The notes below the pieces were generated by a model. It saw only the letters and a program-made list of their open reading frames with translations, did not search any database and was not told the origin of the DNA. From Giardia intestinalis (lineage: Eukaryota): a stretch of 64,000 bases of DNA. A program made the translations under genes and the position numbers. Shown in pieces: positions 63,998 to 64,000 of this stretch; position 1 is the first letter of the stretch; every line of letters starts with the position of its first letter. The stretch is taken from the NCBI GenBank assembly GCA_000002435.2, contig CM018792.1. One strand, given 5' to 3'.

Positions 63998-64000
63998 GAT

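Noticed and set aside
1-64000. Prokaryote-style features: CRISPR arrays, operons, Shine-Dalgarno-led gene clusters and defence-island signatures.
   Set aside because: No short direct-repeat/spacer arrays are present. The sequence is eukaryotic (VSP CRGKA tails, AGTRAAY polyA signals, Sec61, eukaryotic-type ProRS, VAP, IMPACT), so a prokaryotic-system framing does not apply.

Overview
This 64-kb window looks like nuclear DNA of the diplomonad Giardia intestinalis (lamblia). The evidence is three-fold. Two identical 740-aa variant-specific surface protein (VSP) genes end in the Giardia-specific ...GFLCWWFICRGKA tail, each followed by an AGTAAAC (AGTRAAY) polyadenylation signal. There are several CXXC-rich high-cysteine membrane protein (HCMP) genes. 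The genome is intron-less and very compact, with genes often 5-70 bp apart. Most of the window (3.9-35.3 kb and 53-64 kb) is an ordinary gene-dense core region. Recognisable genes include Sec61-alpha, prolyl-tRNA synthetase, an IMPACT-family protein, an MSP-domain VAP, a TM2-domain protein, an LCAT-like hydrolase, an M16C-type pseudo-protease, a START-like protein, a tRNA-Thr(UGU) and several large lineage-specific ORFs. The striking feature lies between two closely spaced core genes: a 17.5-kb module (35375-52916) made of a perfect 7.29-kb inverted repeat. Each arm carries an identical VSP gene, with the two genes head-to-head, and a GC-rich NEK-kinase/ankyrin pseudogene that has a TAG in the HRD catalytic loop. 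Between the arms is a 2.97-kb spacer that is almost entirely a frameshifted non-LTR retrotransposon. The retrotransposon has RT motifs 0-2, A, B (VPQGDP) and C (YADD), a thumb, a CCHC finger and a PD-(D/E)xK REL-endonuclease, and sits almost exactly on the axis of symmetry (44145.5). A third, about 85% identical, fragment of the same NEK-pseudogene repeat lies at 1.1-3.0 kb next to a 5'-truncated HCMP gene. Six-frame ORFs on the opposite strand inside GC-rich regions and inside Cys-rich genes are treated as spurious.
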